Positions 39,647 to 49,003 of a stretch of DNA of 64,000 nt are shown in pieces. Below the pieces are notes generated by a model that was not told the DNA's origin, did not search any database, and saw only the letters and a program-made list of their open reading frames with translations. Position 1 is the first letter of the stretch. Each line of letters begins with the position of its first letter. The DNA is taken from NCBI GenBank assembly GCA_965277685.1, contig OZ255830.1:14829-78828 (forward strand), given 5' to 3'. The translations under genes were made by a program, and so were the position numbers. Source of the DNA: Alphaproteobacteria bacterium (GTDB lineage: Bacteria; Pseudomonadota; Alphaproteobacteria; GM7ARS4; CBDIDI01).

Positions 39647-39960
39647 CGCAACGAGAAACATCTCTTTATAACGGGGGCATGTCGATTGTTTTTGCCGATA
39701 TAACACGTGCTTTGGAACGCCGAGAGGTGAAGGCGCAGGGTTTTACGCCACCGGCAAGCGATGGGCATCTAATGGAATCGATTGCCCGGCCGTCGGATGG
39801 TGACACGATTCAGGTGGGCACGCCGTTAGTCTACGGCGCGGTGCATCAATTTGGATGGGATGAGAAAAATATCCCGGCCCGGCCATTCCTTGGACTATCG
39901 ACAGAAAACGAAGCCGATCTGCACGATACACTCAACCGCTTTATCGAGGGCATCCAATGA
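39643..39960 (+). CDS. Phage virion morphogenesis / tail completion protein (P2 gpS / Mu G family).
   Basis: ...TPLVYGAVHQFGW......IPARPFLGLS..... pattern of the virion-morphogenesis family; it immediately precedes the baseplate genes, as in P2 (S-V). Confidence 0.55.
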   Translation: MTQRETSLYNGGMSIVFADITRALERREVKAQGFTPPASDGHLMESIARPSDGDTIQVGTPLVYGAVHQFGWDEKNIPARPFLGLSTENEADLHDTLNRFIEGIQ

Positions 39961-40463
39961 CGAACGGAACGACGATCCTTGACACCCGCGCGGCGGTGGT
40001 ATCCGACGTGGAGGCATTTTTGCCGGATTTGCAAGAATGCATCGCCCATCCCGGCCGCTTTAACGCGGAAGAATTACAGCTCTTTGTCGCCCGACCGCCC
40101 GCCGTTCGGATCGCGGTGCTGGGCATTGCATCGGGCACGCGCACCCCGGATGACGCGCTGCGCGTGGTGGCTTCCTTCGCCGCCTTTATTGTCACGGGAG
40201 ACGCGCCGGGACTGCCCAGGGACGCGGCCGCCATCAATCTGGTCGAGGCCGTAGCCGGCCGGGTGAATACGCGCATATGGAATGAGGCGTGCGAACCGGC
40301 CGAAAACATCCGGGCCGAAAATCTTTATTCCAGTCAGGTCAACAATAATAACCTTGCTCTATGGGCCGTGACATGGGGACAACCGATCATCCTTGACCGG
40401 CGCGATGATGATGCCGGCGCGTTGCCGCGGAAACTCTACGTAACGGGGGGGTTATCGTGTTAA
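39957..40463 (+). CDS. Hypothetical tail-module protein. It sits where gpR / pyocin PA0615 would be, upstream of the spike gene.
   Basis: Translationally coupled between the S-like and V genes; no motif recognised. Confidence 0.4.
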   Translation: MTNGTTILDTRAAVVSDVEAFLPDLQECIAHPGRFNAEELQLFVARPPAVRIAVLGIASGTRTPDDALRVVASFAAFIVTGDAPGLPRDAAAINLVEAVAGRVNTRIWNEACEPAENIRAENLYSSQVNNNNLALWAVTWGQPIILDRRDDDAGALPRKLYVTGGLSC

Positions 40464-40975
40464 CCGACCAATCTTTCACACTTGCCGATGTCGAGCGCAT
40501 GATCGCCAATCTGATCCGGATTGGCACGGTCGAGCGCGTCGATCTTGCCCGGGCCCGGGCCCGGGTGCGTCTGGGCAACGATCTTGTGACCGATGATCTT
40601 GCTTGGCTATCGGCGGCCGGTGACACAAAGACTTGGCGCCCGCCAACGATTGGCGAGCAGGTTATCGTCCTGTCGCCATCCGGGGAACTTGCGGCCGGGG
40701 TTATCTTGGCCGGGATGTATCGCGCGTCAAAACCCGCGCCGTCAACGATGCCCGATAATCAAGTCGTCTTTGCCGATGGATCGAAAGTCACCTGGGAAGA
40801 TAGCAAGTTGCGCATTGAAGCGGCCGGTGACCTGACGATCACGGCCGTGGATAACCTGACGATCGAGGCCGGCGGCGATCTTGTTGTCCGCGCGGCCGAT
40901 ACCACGGTCGAGGGGGAGAATATCAATCTTGAAGGGTCAAGCATTAACGCCAATCGCCGGATTGACCAACCATGA
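40457..40975 (+). CDS. Baseplate assembly protein V (central spike).
   Basis: IGTVERVDLARARARVRLGNDLVTD.LAWL...G...TWRPPTIGEQVIVLSPSGEL..GVIL is a gpV OB-fold pattern with a C-terminal beta-helix repeat. Confidence 0.75.
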   Translation: MLTDQSFTLADVERMIANLIRIGTVERVDLARARARVRLGNDLVTDDLAWLSAAGDTKTWRPPTIGEQVIVLSPSGELAAGVILAGMYRASKPAPSTMPDNQVVFADGSKVTWEDSKLRIEAAGDLTITAVDNLTIEAGGDLVVRAADTTVEGENINLEGSSINANRRIDQP

Positions 40976-41322
40976 GGGGGATGTCCGCAGTAAACGGCAC
41001 GGCATTGGAAGGGCTGGCCCACGTGGTGCAATCGGTGCGCGATATTTTGCTGACGCCGATCGGCACGCGGGTGATGCGGCGCGATTACGGATCGCGCGTG
41101 GACGGGCTTCTGGATCGTCCCATGGGAAAGAACGCCATCGTCGAGTTCACCCAAGCCATCGCCGAAGCATTGGATCGGTGGGAACCGCGCTTTGACCTTG
41201 ACCGGGTTAGCGTGTCCGAAATGACACCGGATGGACGCATTAGCCTTTTGGTCATTGGCTATCATATCGAAGGCGCACGCCGCGAGCCAATCACCATCAC
41301 CATGACGGGGTCAAGAGCATGA
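40972..41322 (+). CDS. Baseplate wedge protein gpW (GP25 lysozyme-like fold).
   Basis: SIGDILLTPIGTRVMRRDYGS parallels P2 gpW (SIGDILRTPVGSRVMRRDYGS). Confidence 0.8.
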   Translation: MRGMSAVNGTALEGLAHVVQSVRDILLTPIGTRVMRRDYGSRVDGLLDRPMGKNAIVEFTQAIAEALDRWEPRFDLDRVSVSEMTPDGRISLLVIGYHIEGARREPITITMTGSRA

Positions 41323-42293
41323 GCATCACTTCCCATATTGATATGGCCCGCTTGCCACCCCCCGATGCGGTGGAAGAGTTGGACTTTGAACAGGTGCTTG
41401 CCGCCATGAAAACCGAGTTCACCGCCCGTTATCCGGAAATAAACACCTTGAATCTGGAATCGGAACCGGTGGTTAAGGTTTTGGAGGTTGCCGCTTATCG
41501 CGAAGTGATGTTGCGCGGGCGTGTCAATCAAGGTGTGCGCGCCTGCATGCTTGCATCGGCAATCGGCACCGATCTTGATAATCTTGCCGCGCTTTATGGT
41601 ATCCGCCGCCAGGTCGTCACCCCGGCCGACCGGCAAGCCAATCCACCCGTCGATGCGGTCATGGAAAGTGACGCGGCCCTGCGCCGGCGCACCCAACTGG
41701 CCCCGGAAGGAATGTCGGTTGCCGGACCGGGCAGTGCCTATTTATTCCATGCCTTATCGGGCGGCGACCGTCCGCTTAGCATCGATGTCACGACACCAAA
41801 GGCGGGTGAGATCGTCCTAACCTATCGCTTTGACCCGACCGGCACCGGCGGCAAGATAAAGGACGCATCGACCGCGTCCCCCAAAGCGGGGGAAGTCGTG
41901 GTGACCTTGCTTGGCCGTGACGGTGACGGCACCCTTGATCGAGATACCCTTGACAGCGTCCTTGCCCATATCGGATCGGATAATATCCGGCCATTGACCG
42001 ATAAGGTATCGGTGCGCAGCGCCACCATCAAACGCTTTAGCATCCGCGCGGCAATAGCGATTCAAAACGGACCGGATCGCGACGTCGTAATGAAAGTCGC
42101 GCGCCAAAGTCTTGATGCCCACATCGCCGATTTGCACGCGCTGGGGCGCTCCGTGCACATTAACTCCATCATCGCCGCCCTGCACGTCGACGGGGTCGAG
42201 AACGTCATCGTCACCCTTCCCAGCGCAGACATTACCGTCGAGGACACCGCCGCCCCTTACTGCAGCGCGGTCAATTTACAGGTGGCGACATGA
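41319..42293 (+). CDS. Baseplate protein J.
   Basis: Baseplate_J-like length and position between W and I. Confidence 0.7.
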   Translation: MSITSHIDMARLPPPDAVEELDFEQVLAAMKTEFTARYPEINTLNLESEPVVKVLEVAAYREVMLRGRVNQGVRACMLASAIGTDLDNLAALYGIRRQVVTPADRQANPPVDAVMESDAALRRRTQLAPEGMSVAGPGSAYLFHALSGGDRPLSIDVTTPKAGEIVLTYRFDPTGTGGKIKDASTASPKAGEVVVTLLGRDGDGTLDRDTLDSVLAHIGSDNIRPLTDKVSVRSATIKRFSIRAAIAIQNGPDRDVVMKVARQSLDAHIADLHALGRSVHINSIIAALHVDGVENVIVTLPSADITVEDTAAPYCSAVNLQVAT

Positions 42294-43468
42294 TAGCCGA
42301 CAACAATAAACAATCGCTTTTACCGCCGCATTCGACGCCGCTAGAGCACGCCCTGGCGGCAACCACATCGCGTATCGACACCATACCGGTGCCGGTGCGC
42401 AATTTATGGAACCCGGACTTATTGCACGTGGACTTTTTGCCTTTCCTGGCATGGGCGCTTTCGGTGGACGCTTGGGACAGCAACTGGACGGAAGATAGAA
42501 AACGCGACGTTATCAAGGCCGCGATCGCCCTGCATCGGGTCAAGGGCACCCCGGCCGCCCTCAAATCGGCACTCAACGCCCTGGGACTGGGCGTCCAGGT
42601 CAAGGAATGGTTTGAATATGGCGGCAAGCCCTATCACTTTCGTTTGGATGTCGAATTATCGGACACCGGGCTTAGCCGCAAGGAAGTTGAAACAATCGAG
42701 GCGGTGGCACTGGCGGTGAAGAACGAACGCTCGAAGCTGGAGGTCTTGAAAGTCTGGCTATCGGGCAGGGGACGGATACGCTTGGCCGCCCATGGATCGA
42801 TGCGTGAAGATGGGCTGGTCTATCCCCGGAAGGCAACGGAATTATCCCAAAGCGGGCATCTGCGCACCGGCGCCACCATCAGCATGCTGGAAATCGCCAC
42901 CCTGAACCGCCATCGCACACCGCCCGAAAGCGGCAATGATGACCCGACCGACAAAACCGCGCCGCCCCAACCGATCGTGTTGAACAAAGCCTCGGCACTA
43001 TCGTCCGCCCCGGGAGAGAGTGCCGATAATCCATTTATCCTGACACCGGATATGGACAGGGGCGGCTGGATACCGATCGAGCCACCGGCCATTATGATGG
43101 GCCGGGAATCCTATACGACACGGGCGGGTTACTTTTATTATGAAGTGCCGCGAGGGGTCGAGGTTCCGATATTAATAATCGACGGCTATTTTAATTTTGG
43201 CGAGGTCGTGGTGATTACCAACTACGGCCGGATTATCGGGAGTGACTATGGCATTACTAATCTTTTCAGCGATGATAGCACCGATATCATTGTCCATAAT
43301 CACGGCACTATTCACGGGGATTTTTCGGCGCTGCATGCGCAAATATCTAGTGCGCGGATCGATTATTATCCCCATCCCGGCGCGATCCTGACAAGCGATG
43401 GCAGCAAGACATATGGCCCGGTCACGATCCACCCGCCCCGTCAAGCAGACGCACCCCCCATTCCCTAA
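42290..43468 (+). CDS. Tail protein I (P2 gpI family) with a C-terminal extension of about 215 aa.
   Basis: N-terminal 175 aa: LPPHSTPLEHALAATTSRIDTIPVPVRNLWNPD...LPFLAWALSVD.W...W.E..KR.VI.... is the gpI pattern. The remaining 215 aa is unassigned. Confidence 0.7.
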   Translation: MIADNNKQSLLPPHSTPLEHALAATTSRIDTIPVPVRNLWNPDLLHVDFLPFLAWALSVDAWDSNWTEDRKRDVIKAAIALHRVKGTPAALKSALNALGLGVQVKEWFEYGGKPYHFRLDVELSDTGLSRKEVETIEAVALAVKNERSKLEVLKVWLSGRGRIRLAAHGSMREDGLVYPRKATELSQSGHLRTGATISMLEIATLNRHRTPPESGNDDPTDKTAPPQPIVLNKASALSSAPGESADNPFILTPDMDRGGWIPIEPPAIMMGRESYTTRAGYFYYEVPRGVEVPILIIDGYFNFGEVVVITNYGRIIGSDYGITNLFSDDSTDIIVHNHGTIHGDFSALHAQISSARIDYYPHPGAILTSDGSKTYGPVTIHPPRQADAPPIP

Positions 43469-43487
43469 CCCATAAGAAGGATATTGC

Positions 43488-45020
43488 ATGGCTTATTACA
43501 CCCTGATTACCGATAAAGGCAAAGCGGCCCTCGTCAAGTCGTCGAGCACCGGGGACAAGTTAAACCTGACCCATATTGCCGCCGGCGATGGCAAGGGCGG
43601 GGAGTATGAACCGACCGAGGCCGCCACCGCCCTTAAAGGGGAAGTATGGCGCGGCCCGGTCGCGCGGATCTCCCCCCATGATGACGATCCGGCCTGGCTT
43701 GTCATCGAGACGGTCATCCCCCAATCGGCCGGATCCTTCACGGTGCGCGAGGTCGGGGTCTATGACAGTGACGGCGCTCTGTTCGCGATTGGTAAATATC
43801 CCGAAACCTACAAGCCGCAAATATCGGACGGGGCCGGCAAGGAATTGCTGCTGCGAATCATCCTGCAAGTATCGAACGCGGCCAGTGTTAATTTGACCCT
43901 GTCCAGTCGGGCGGTGGCGACCCATCGCTTTGTGACCGATAAAGTGATCGAGCATAATACCGATTTGCTTGCCCATGCCAATCTTGCCGTGCCGGACGCC
44001 AGCACAGAAACCAAAGGAAAGGTGGAGCTTGCCACCTACGATGAAGTATACGCGGGCACCGATGAATTCCGCGCCGTTACCCCGTACGGATTGAAATGGG
44101 CCTTGCCGGCCTTGATGCCGGACGCCGACACATCAATCAAAGGCAAGGTGGAACTGGCCACGTCTGCCGAGACCACAACCGGCACCGATGCCGTTCGCGC
44201 CGTTACCCCGGCCGGATTGAAAGCGGCCTTGCCGATCTTGGTGCCGGACGCCGGCACGGAAACCAAAGGCAGAGTGGAACTTGCCACCGGCACGGAGACC
44301 ACAACCGGCACCGACGCCGTCCGCGCCGTCACCCCGGCCGGATTGAAAGCGGCCTTGCCGACCTTGGTGCCGGACGCCGGCACAGAAACCAAAGGCAAGG
44401 TGGAACTGGCCACGTCTGCCGAGACCACAACCGGCACCGACGCCGAACGCGCCGTCACCCCGGCCGGATTGAAATCGGCCTTACCGACCTTGGTGCCGTC
44501 CGCCAGCACATTAACCAAAGGCAAGGTGGAGCTTGCCACCGGCACGGAGACCTCAACCGGCACCGATGCCGTTCGCGCCGTTACCCCGGCCGGATTAAGA
44601 TACGCCCTGCCAAAGATGGCCAAGGAAGAAGCCTTTGATATCCCCTTTATGGCGGGCTTTTCGTCCTTGACGATGGAACCGGAAGATCTCGAGGTTCGCA
44701 CTTACGGCATAATGGTAGCTGCGCGCAATTTTCAGATCGTCGGTGCCACCGCGCTACTGCACAGTCAAGCGCGAGACACCACGTTTGACGTCATTGTAAA
44801 AAGAGGCGTTGATGACAACCGCAGCGCGGATCATACATCCATTTTTAACGAGACAAAACCGACATTTAACAATGCGACAACACCATCCGACATATCGATT
44901 GACGGTCGTAACGATGGGCGTGTCAGCGCCGGTAACGTCATCATCTTCAAGGTGATTTCGGTATACGCAACCAAGCCGGGAAAGGGACTTTTGCTTGGGC
45001 TTAAGGGGAAGGTTGTATAA
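43488..45020 (+). CDS. Tail fiber protein (P2 gpH-type N-terminal domain) with five internal repeats of about 40 aa.
   Basis: N-terminus MAYYTLITDKGKAALVKS...LNLTHIAAGDGKG....PTEAATALKGEVWRG...DPAWLVIETVIP.....REVGVYDSDGALFAIGKYPETYKP matches the conserved gpH N-terminal domain. The repeat unit is TKGKVELAT..ETTTGTDAVRAVTPAGLKAALP.LVPDAGTE. Confidence 0.75.
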   Translation: MAYYTLITDKGKAALVKSSSTGDKLNLTHIAAGDGKGGEYEPTEAATALKGEVWRGPVARISPHDDDPAWLVIETVIPQSAGSFTVREVGVYDSDGALFAIGKYPETYKPQISDGAGKELLLRIILQVSNAASVNLTLSSRAVATHRFVTDKVIEHNTDLLAHANLAVPDASTETKGKVELATYDEVYAGTDEFRAVTPYGLKWALPALMPDADTSIKGKVELATSAETTTGTDAVRAVTPAGLKAALPILVPDAGTETKGRVELATGTETTTGTDAVRAVTPAGLKAALPTLVPDAGTETKGKVELATSAETTTGTDAERAVTPAGLKSALPTLVPSASTLTKGKVELATGTETSTGTDAVRAVTPAGLRYALPKMAKEEAFDIPFMAGFSSLTMEPEDLEVRTYGIMVAARNFQIVGATALLHSQARDTTFDVIVKRGVDDNRSADHTSIFNETKPTFNNATTPSDISIDGRNDGRVSAGNVIIFKVISVYATKPGKGLLLGLKGKVV

Positions 45021-45835
45021 TGCTTTACGCCGAGCCAAGAAATCTGTCCGCTCAAGGGTTTGACGCTATGCTCACCCTTGATGGTGGCCTCAATAAAATC
45101 ATCAAGACAGCCCTGGGCAAGCGTGACGATTGGTTCGACCTCCCACGGTTTGTCTATGTCCACGTGCCCGCCGGGGTCAAGATCGGGTCGGAAAAACCCG
45201 CATGGGCCGGGCTTACCACCGGCAGTGGCTGGTCGGCAGGCAGTCGCATCCTTCTTGTCAATGACGGCAAAGTATTGGGCGCCGGCGGCAAGGGGGCTAA
45301 TCCGGACGACAACGGGCAGGATGGCGGGACGGCTTTACGTATCCACCAGGGCATCCATGTGGTTTTAGAAAATTCAGGGACGATTGCCGGCGGTGGCGGC
45401 GGCGGCGGTAGTCAGGGGGGCACATGGTGGGATCGCAAATGGGGCAATATTGGACATGGATGCGGTGGCGGCGGTGCCGGATACCAACCCGGGTTGGGGG
45501 GATACCCCATTGGCACCGGGACGGAACGCGACCATGACCGTAACGTGAATGGGCGGCGGGTTCGCTACCAGGAAGGTGACCCCGGCACGGAAACCACCGG
45601 CGGTGGTGGCGGGCGAAGGGACCTTCGTGGACGCGGTTCCGGTGGCGGCCGGCGTGGTGGCGACTTGGGGATGGCGGGGGAACCAAACCGCGACGGAAGA
45701 AATGGCGCTGCCGGGGCTTGGGTGGAAATACGCACGGGCGCAGAATTAATCGTTCGCGAAGACGGGCAAACCCTGGGCACGCGCAAAACCGACGTTGCAG
45801 CATTCCGCAGCGCGGATTTGGCACCCAACGAATAA
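45020..45835 (+). CDS. Glycine-rich hypothetical protein downstream of the tail fiber gene.
   Basis: 271 aa with multiple GGGGG tracts and a GxGxxG-type low-complexity core; occupies the P2 gpG / pyocin chaperone position. Confidence 0.45.
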   Translation: MLYAEPRNLSAQGFDAMLTLDGGLNKIIKTALGKRDDWFDLPRFVYVHVPAGVKIGSEKPAWAGLTTGSGWSAGSRILLVNDGKVLGAGGKGANPDDNGQDGGTALRIHQGIHVVLENSGTIAGGGGGGGSQGGTWWDRKWGNIGHGCGGGGAGYQPGLGGYPIGTGTERDHDRNVNGRRVRYQEGDPGTETTGGGGGRRDLRGRGSGGGRRGGDLGMAGEPNRDGRNGAAGAWVEIRTGAELIVREDGQTLGTRKTDVAAFRSADLAPNE

Positions 45836-45855
45836 TAACGAAAGGATAGATCATC

Positions 45856-46476
45856 ATGCCTTTATACGCACATCTAAAAAACGGCGAGGTCTTTGACATA
45901 AAACCCAACGCCGCCACTATCGCGTCGGCGGATATACCGCGCGATCAGGATAGGCGGCCAACGATGCTGCCCTATCAAGAAGAGGGGCTGGATGGGGATA
46001 AGGACAATGCCCCAGACCTGTGGACAAGGAGCAAAACCAACCAAGTGGGCGCGGCAAAAGTCGTCGGACTTTATAGCTATGCTCTCAAAAACGATATTGA
46101 AGAGGCTTTGCTGCGCCGTGTTGATGTCCACGTAAAGGTTATCCACGCCGATATTGCCGGCAGCGACAATCTTTGCGCGCTACGCGTTCTAATTTCTTGC
46201 GAGGGCGAGGCGCGCCGCTACCTAGCGGCCGATAATCCCGTCGCCGGCGACTACCCCTTGCTGGCACAAGAAGTGGGGCAGCATCCCGATACGGCTGATC
46301 TGGCGGCGGCAGCGCGCCAATGCCTTGCCGGCTATGCGGCCTTCGCGCGCAAGGTGCAAATGGTGAATATGATGGCAGCCGGCATCAAGCAAGCCATTCG
46401 TGACGCAAATGATAGCGTGGCAAAATTGGCGGCGTATCAGGATGCCGATTTCACCCGGTGGGAACAGAATCTTTAA
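45856..46476 (+). CDS. Hypothetical protein (tail module, between the fiber region and the sheath gene).
   Basis: 206-aa ORF in operon context; no motif recognised. Confidence 0.45.
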   Translation: MPLYAHLKNGEVFDIKPNAATIASADIPRDQDRRPTMLPYQEEGLDGDKDNAPDLWTRSKTNQVGAAKVVGLYSYALKNDIEEALLRRVDVHVKVIHADIAGSDNLCALRVLISCEGEARRYLAADNPVAGDYPLLAQEVGQHPDTADLAAAARQCLAGYAAFARKVQMVNMMAAGIKQAIRDANDSVAKLAAYQDADFTRWEQNL

Positions 46477-46516
46477 CCAACCAACCAAAGAACTTTTAAC
46501 CAATAGGAGTAACATC

Positions 46517-47947
46517 ATGACAACATCTTATTTACACGGTATCGAGACACTCGAACTTGACCAAGGGGTGCGACCGGTTCGCACGCTGAAGTCCAGCATT
46601 ATCGGTCTCATCGGCACGGCCGATGACGCCGATGCAAAGGCGTTCCCTTTGAACACGCCGGTTTTGGTCCGCGCCCAAGATATGAAGGCGGGACAAAGCA
46701 AACTTGGCGATTCCGGCACCCTTAAAAACGCCATGGACGGAATTGCCGACCAGGGCGGCGCCCAAGTGGTGCTGGTCCGGGTTGCCGGCGGGGGCAGCGA
46801 ATCCGCGACCATCGCCAATATCATCGGCGAGCGGGGCAATCGCACCGGCGTGCATGCGTTTGCCGCGGCACAATCCACGGTCCATGTAACACCGCGTATC
46901 TTGGTCGCCCCGGGCTTTACCCACCAGCGTCCCAAAGCCGTAGCGAGTGTGACCGTTAGCAACCAAGGCAGTGGTTATACATCTGCCCCGACCGTGTCCT
47001 TTTCCGGTGGCGGTGGCTTCGGCGCGCAAGCAACCGTGACCGTGACCGATGGTGAAGTGACCGCCATCACCGTCACCAAATCGGGCAATGGTTATACATC
47101 CGCCCCCACCGTCACCCTATCCGGCGGGGGTGGCACGGGTGCGAGCGTAACGGCCGTGCTTGGCGATAGTGCCAATCCGGTCGTGGTCGAACTGACCGGC
47201 ATTGCCGATCGCTTAAAAGCGGTCATCATCGCCGATGGACCAAACACAACCGATGCGGCGGCCATCACCTACCGCAAAGACCTTGGTTCCCCTCGCGTCT
47301 TTGTTGTCGATCCGTGGGTCAAAGTGGCCCGTGGCATCGACATGCAAGATGAGGGCGCATCGCCCCGGGTTGCCGGATTGATCGCCAAGATGGATGAGGA
47401 CAAGGGCTTTTGGCACTCGCCATCCAATCAGGTCATCAATGGCATTGTCGGCGTGTCCCGGGCGGTGGATTTTGCCCTTGATGACGCGAACTCGGCGGCG
47501 AACCATCTAAACGCCAACGAAGTTGCGACCATCATCCATCGCGATGGCTATCGCCTGTGGGGCAATCGCTCTTGCAGCAGCGATGCGCTATGGGCATTCT
47601 TGGCGGTGCGGCGCACGGCCGATATGGTTTACGAATCGGTCACGGCCGCCCATGCCTGGGCCTTGGATCGTCCTTTCAGCACGCAGTTGCTGGAAGATAT
47701 TGCCGGATCGGTGAACGCCTATCTGCGCGAACTTGAATCGCGCGGTGCAATCATCGGCGGATCATGTTGGCTTAACCCCGACAAGAATACGGCCGCATCC
47801 CTGAAGGACGGACACTTGCATGTCGATTTCGACATCGAGCCACCGGCACCGATGGAACGGCTGACCTTCACCGCCGCGCGCAATGACGGCTACTACGACG
47901 AATTGGTCGCGAGCGCGTCCATCAACATCCGCCGCACCGCGGCCTAA
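46517..47947 (+). CDS. Contractile tail sheath protein (P2 FI family).
   Basis: AGGAGT ribosome-binding site. N-terminus [48 protein letters not shown] parallels P2 FI ([47 protein letters not shown]). Confidence 0.85.
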   Translation: MTTSYLHGIETLELDQGVRPVRTLKSSIIGLIGTADDADAKAFPLNTPVLVRAQDMKAGQSKLGDSGTLKNAMDGIADQGGAQVVLVRVAGGGSESATIANIIGERGNRTGVHAFAAAQSTVHVTPRILVAPGFTHQRPKAVASVTVSNQGSGYTSAPTVSFSGGGGFGAQATVTVTDGEVTAITVTKSGNGYTSAPTVTLSGGGGTGASVTAVLGDSANPVVVELTGIADRLKAVIIADGPNTTDAAAITYRKDLGSPRVFVVDPWVKVARGIDMQDEGASPRVAGLIAKMDEDKGFWHSPSNQVINGIVGVSRAVDFALDDANSAANHLNANEVATIIHRDGYRLWGNRSCSSDALWAFLAVRRTADMVYESVTAAHAWALDRPFSTQLLEDIAGSVNAYLRELESRGAIIGGSCWLNPDKNTAASLKDGHLHVDFDIEPPAPMERLTFTAARNDGYYDELVASASINIRRTAA

Positions 47948-47986
47948 GCCATCCATAAGACCCATCCATAAGAAAGGAATCAAACC

Positions 47987-48499
47987 ATGGCACAATATCC
48001 GAAAATACTGAAAAACTTCACGGCCTATGTCGACGGCATCGGCTATGCCGGTAGAATCGAGGAAGTGGAACTTCCCAAACTGGCCGTCAAGACCGAGGAA
48101 TACCAAGGTGGCGGCATGGCCGCGCCGGTTGAAATCGACATGGGCACGATGGACAAGTTGGAAGCAACGTTGACCTTTGCCGAATACGACCCTGATTTAT
48201 ACAAGCAATGGGGGCTGATCGGCAAAGAGATCGGCATGACCCTTCGCGGGGCCATCCAACAACCCGGCCCGGCGGCGGCAACGCCTTATGTGGTCGAGTT
48301 GCGCGGCAAGTTCCGTGAACTGGATAGTGGTTCATGGAAAGCGGGCGAGAAAGCCCAGCTTAAGGCGACCATCGCTGCCCGTTACTACAAGCTAAGCATC
48401 GATGGCACGGCGGTCATTGAGATCGATCCGGTCAATATGAAGCGGGTTGTCGGTGATACCGACCAGCTTGCCGACCAGCGTCAAGCTCTTGGTCTCTAA
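47987..48499 (+). CDS. Tail tube protein (P2 FII family).
   Basis: VELPKLAVKTEEYQGGGMAAPVEIDMGTMDKLEATLTF is the FII conserved core. Confidence 0.8.
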   Translation: MAQYPKILKNFTAYVDGIGYAGRIEEVELPKLAVKTEEYQGGGMAAPVEIDMGTMDKLEATLTFAEYDPDLYKQWGLIGKEIGMTLRGAIQQPGPAAATPYVVELRGKFRELDSGSWKAGEKAQLKATIAARYYKLSIDGTAVIEIDPVNMKRVVGDTDQLADQRQALGL

Positions 48500-48584
48500 C
48501 CGGGGGCCTCTAATAGGGCGTCTAATGAGGCCTCTCACGGGGCCTCTAACGGCGTGTCTAACGGGCGTCTAACGGAACCGTGTA

Positions 48585-48863
48585 ATGAGAAAGAAACAGA
48601 CAATGAGCGATAACAAAACCATCACCCTTAAATATCCGTTTGAGCATGATGGAATGAATATCACCGAGTTGCCTTTGCGCCGTCCCAAGGTCGGCGATAT
48701 GGAAGCGATGGAAAAGAACGGCAGTTCCGAAATGGCCAAAGCCATTGGACTAACCGCGCGCTTGTCGGGATTAGCACCCGATGCCGTGCGCAAGATTGAT
48801 GGCGAGGACTTTATCGCCATCAATAAGGTGCTGTCCGATTTTTTGGACATGGGCGGGGGATAA
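48585..48863 (+). CDS. Tail assembly chaperone (P2 gpE / Mu gp41 family).
   Basis: 92 aa, immediately before the tape-measure gene and followed by a short ORF in the -1 frame. Confidence 0.65.
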   Translation: MRKKQTMSDNKTITLKYPFEHDGMNITELPLRRPKVGDMEAMEKNGSSEMAKAIGLTARLSGLAPDAVRKIDGEDFIAINKVLSDFLDMGGG

Positions 48864-48871
48864 GGGATGCC

Positions 48872-49003
48872 ATGGCCGACATCGCTTTTGCTTTTCACTG
48901 GTCGCCGGATGCTATGCGGGACATGACGCTGGACGAATTATCCGATTGGCACGCCCGGGCCATGACCCGGATTAAAGCGGCTTATTCTTTGGGCGCGAAG
49001 TAA
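48872..49003 (+). CDS. E'-like ORF (-1 frame extension of the chaperone). It is probably expressed only as an E+E' fusion by programmed frameshifting. Coordinates are uncertain by a nucleotide.
   Basis: 43 codons (MADIAFAFHWSPDAMRDMTLDELSDWHARAMTRIKAAYSLGAK) in the -1 frame relative to E. Its stop overlaps the tape-measure ATG (tAATGg). Confidence 0.45.
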   Translation: MADIAFAFHWSPDAMRDMTLDELSDWHARAMTRIKAAYSLGAK

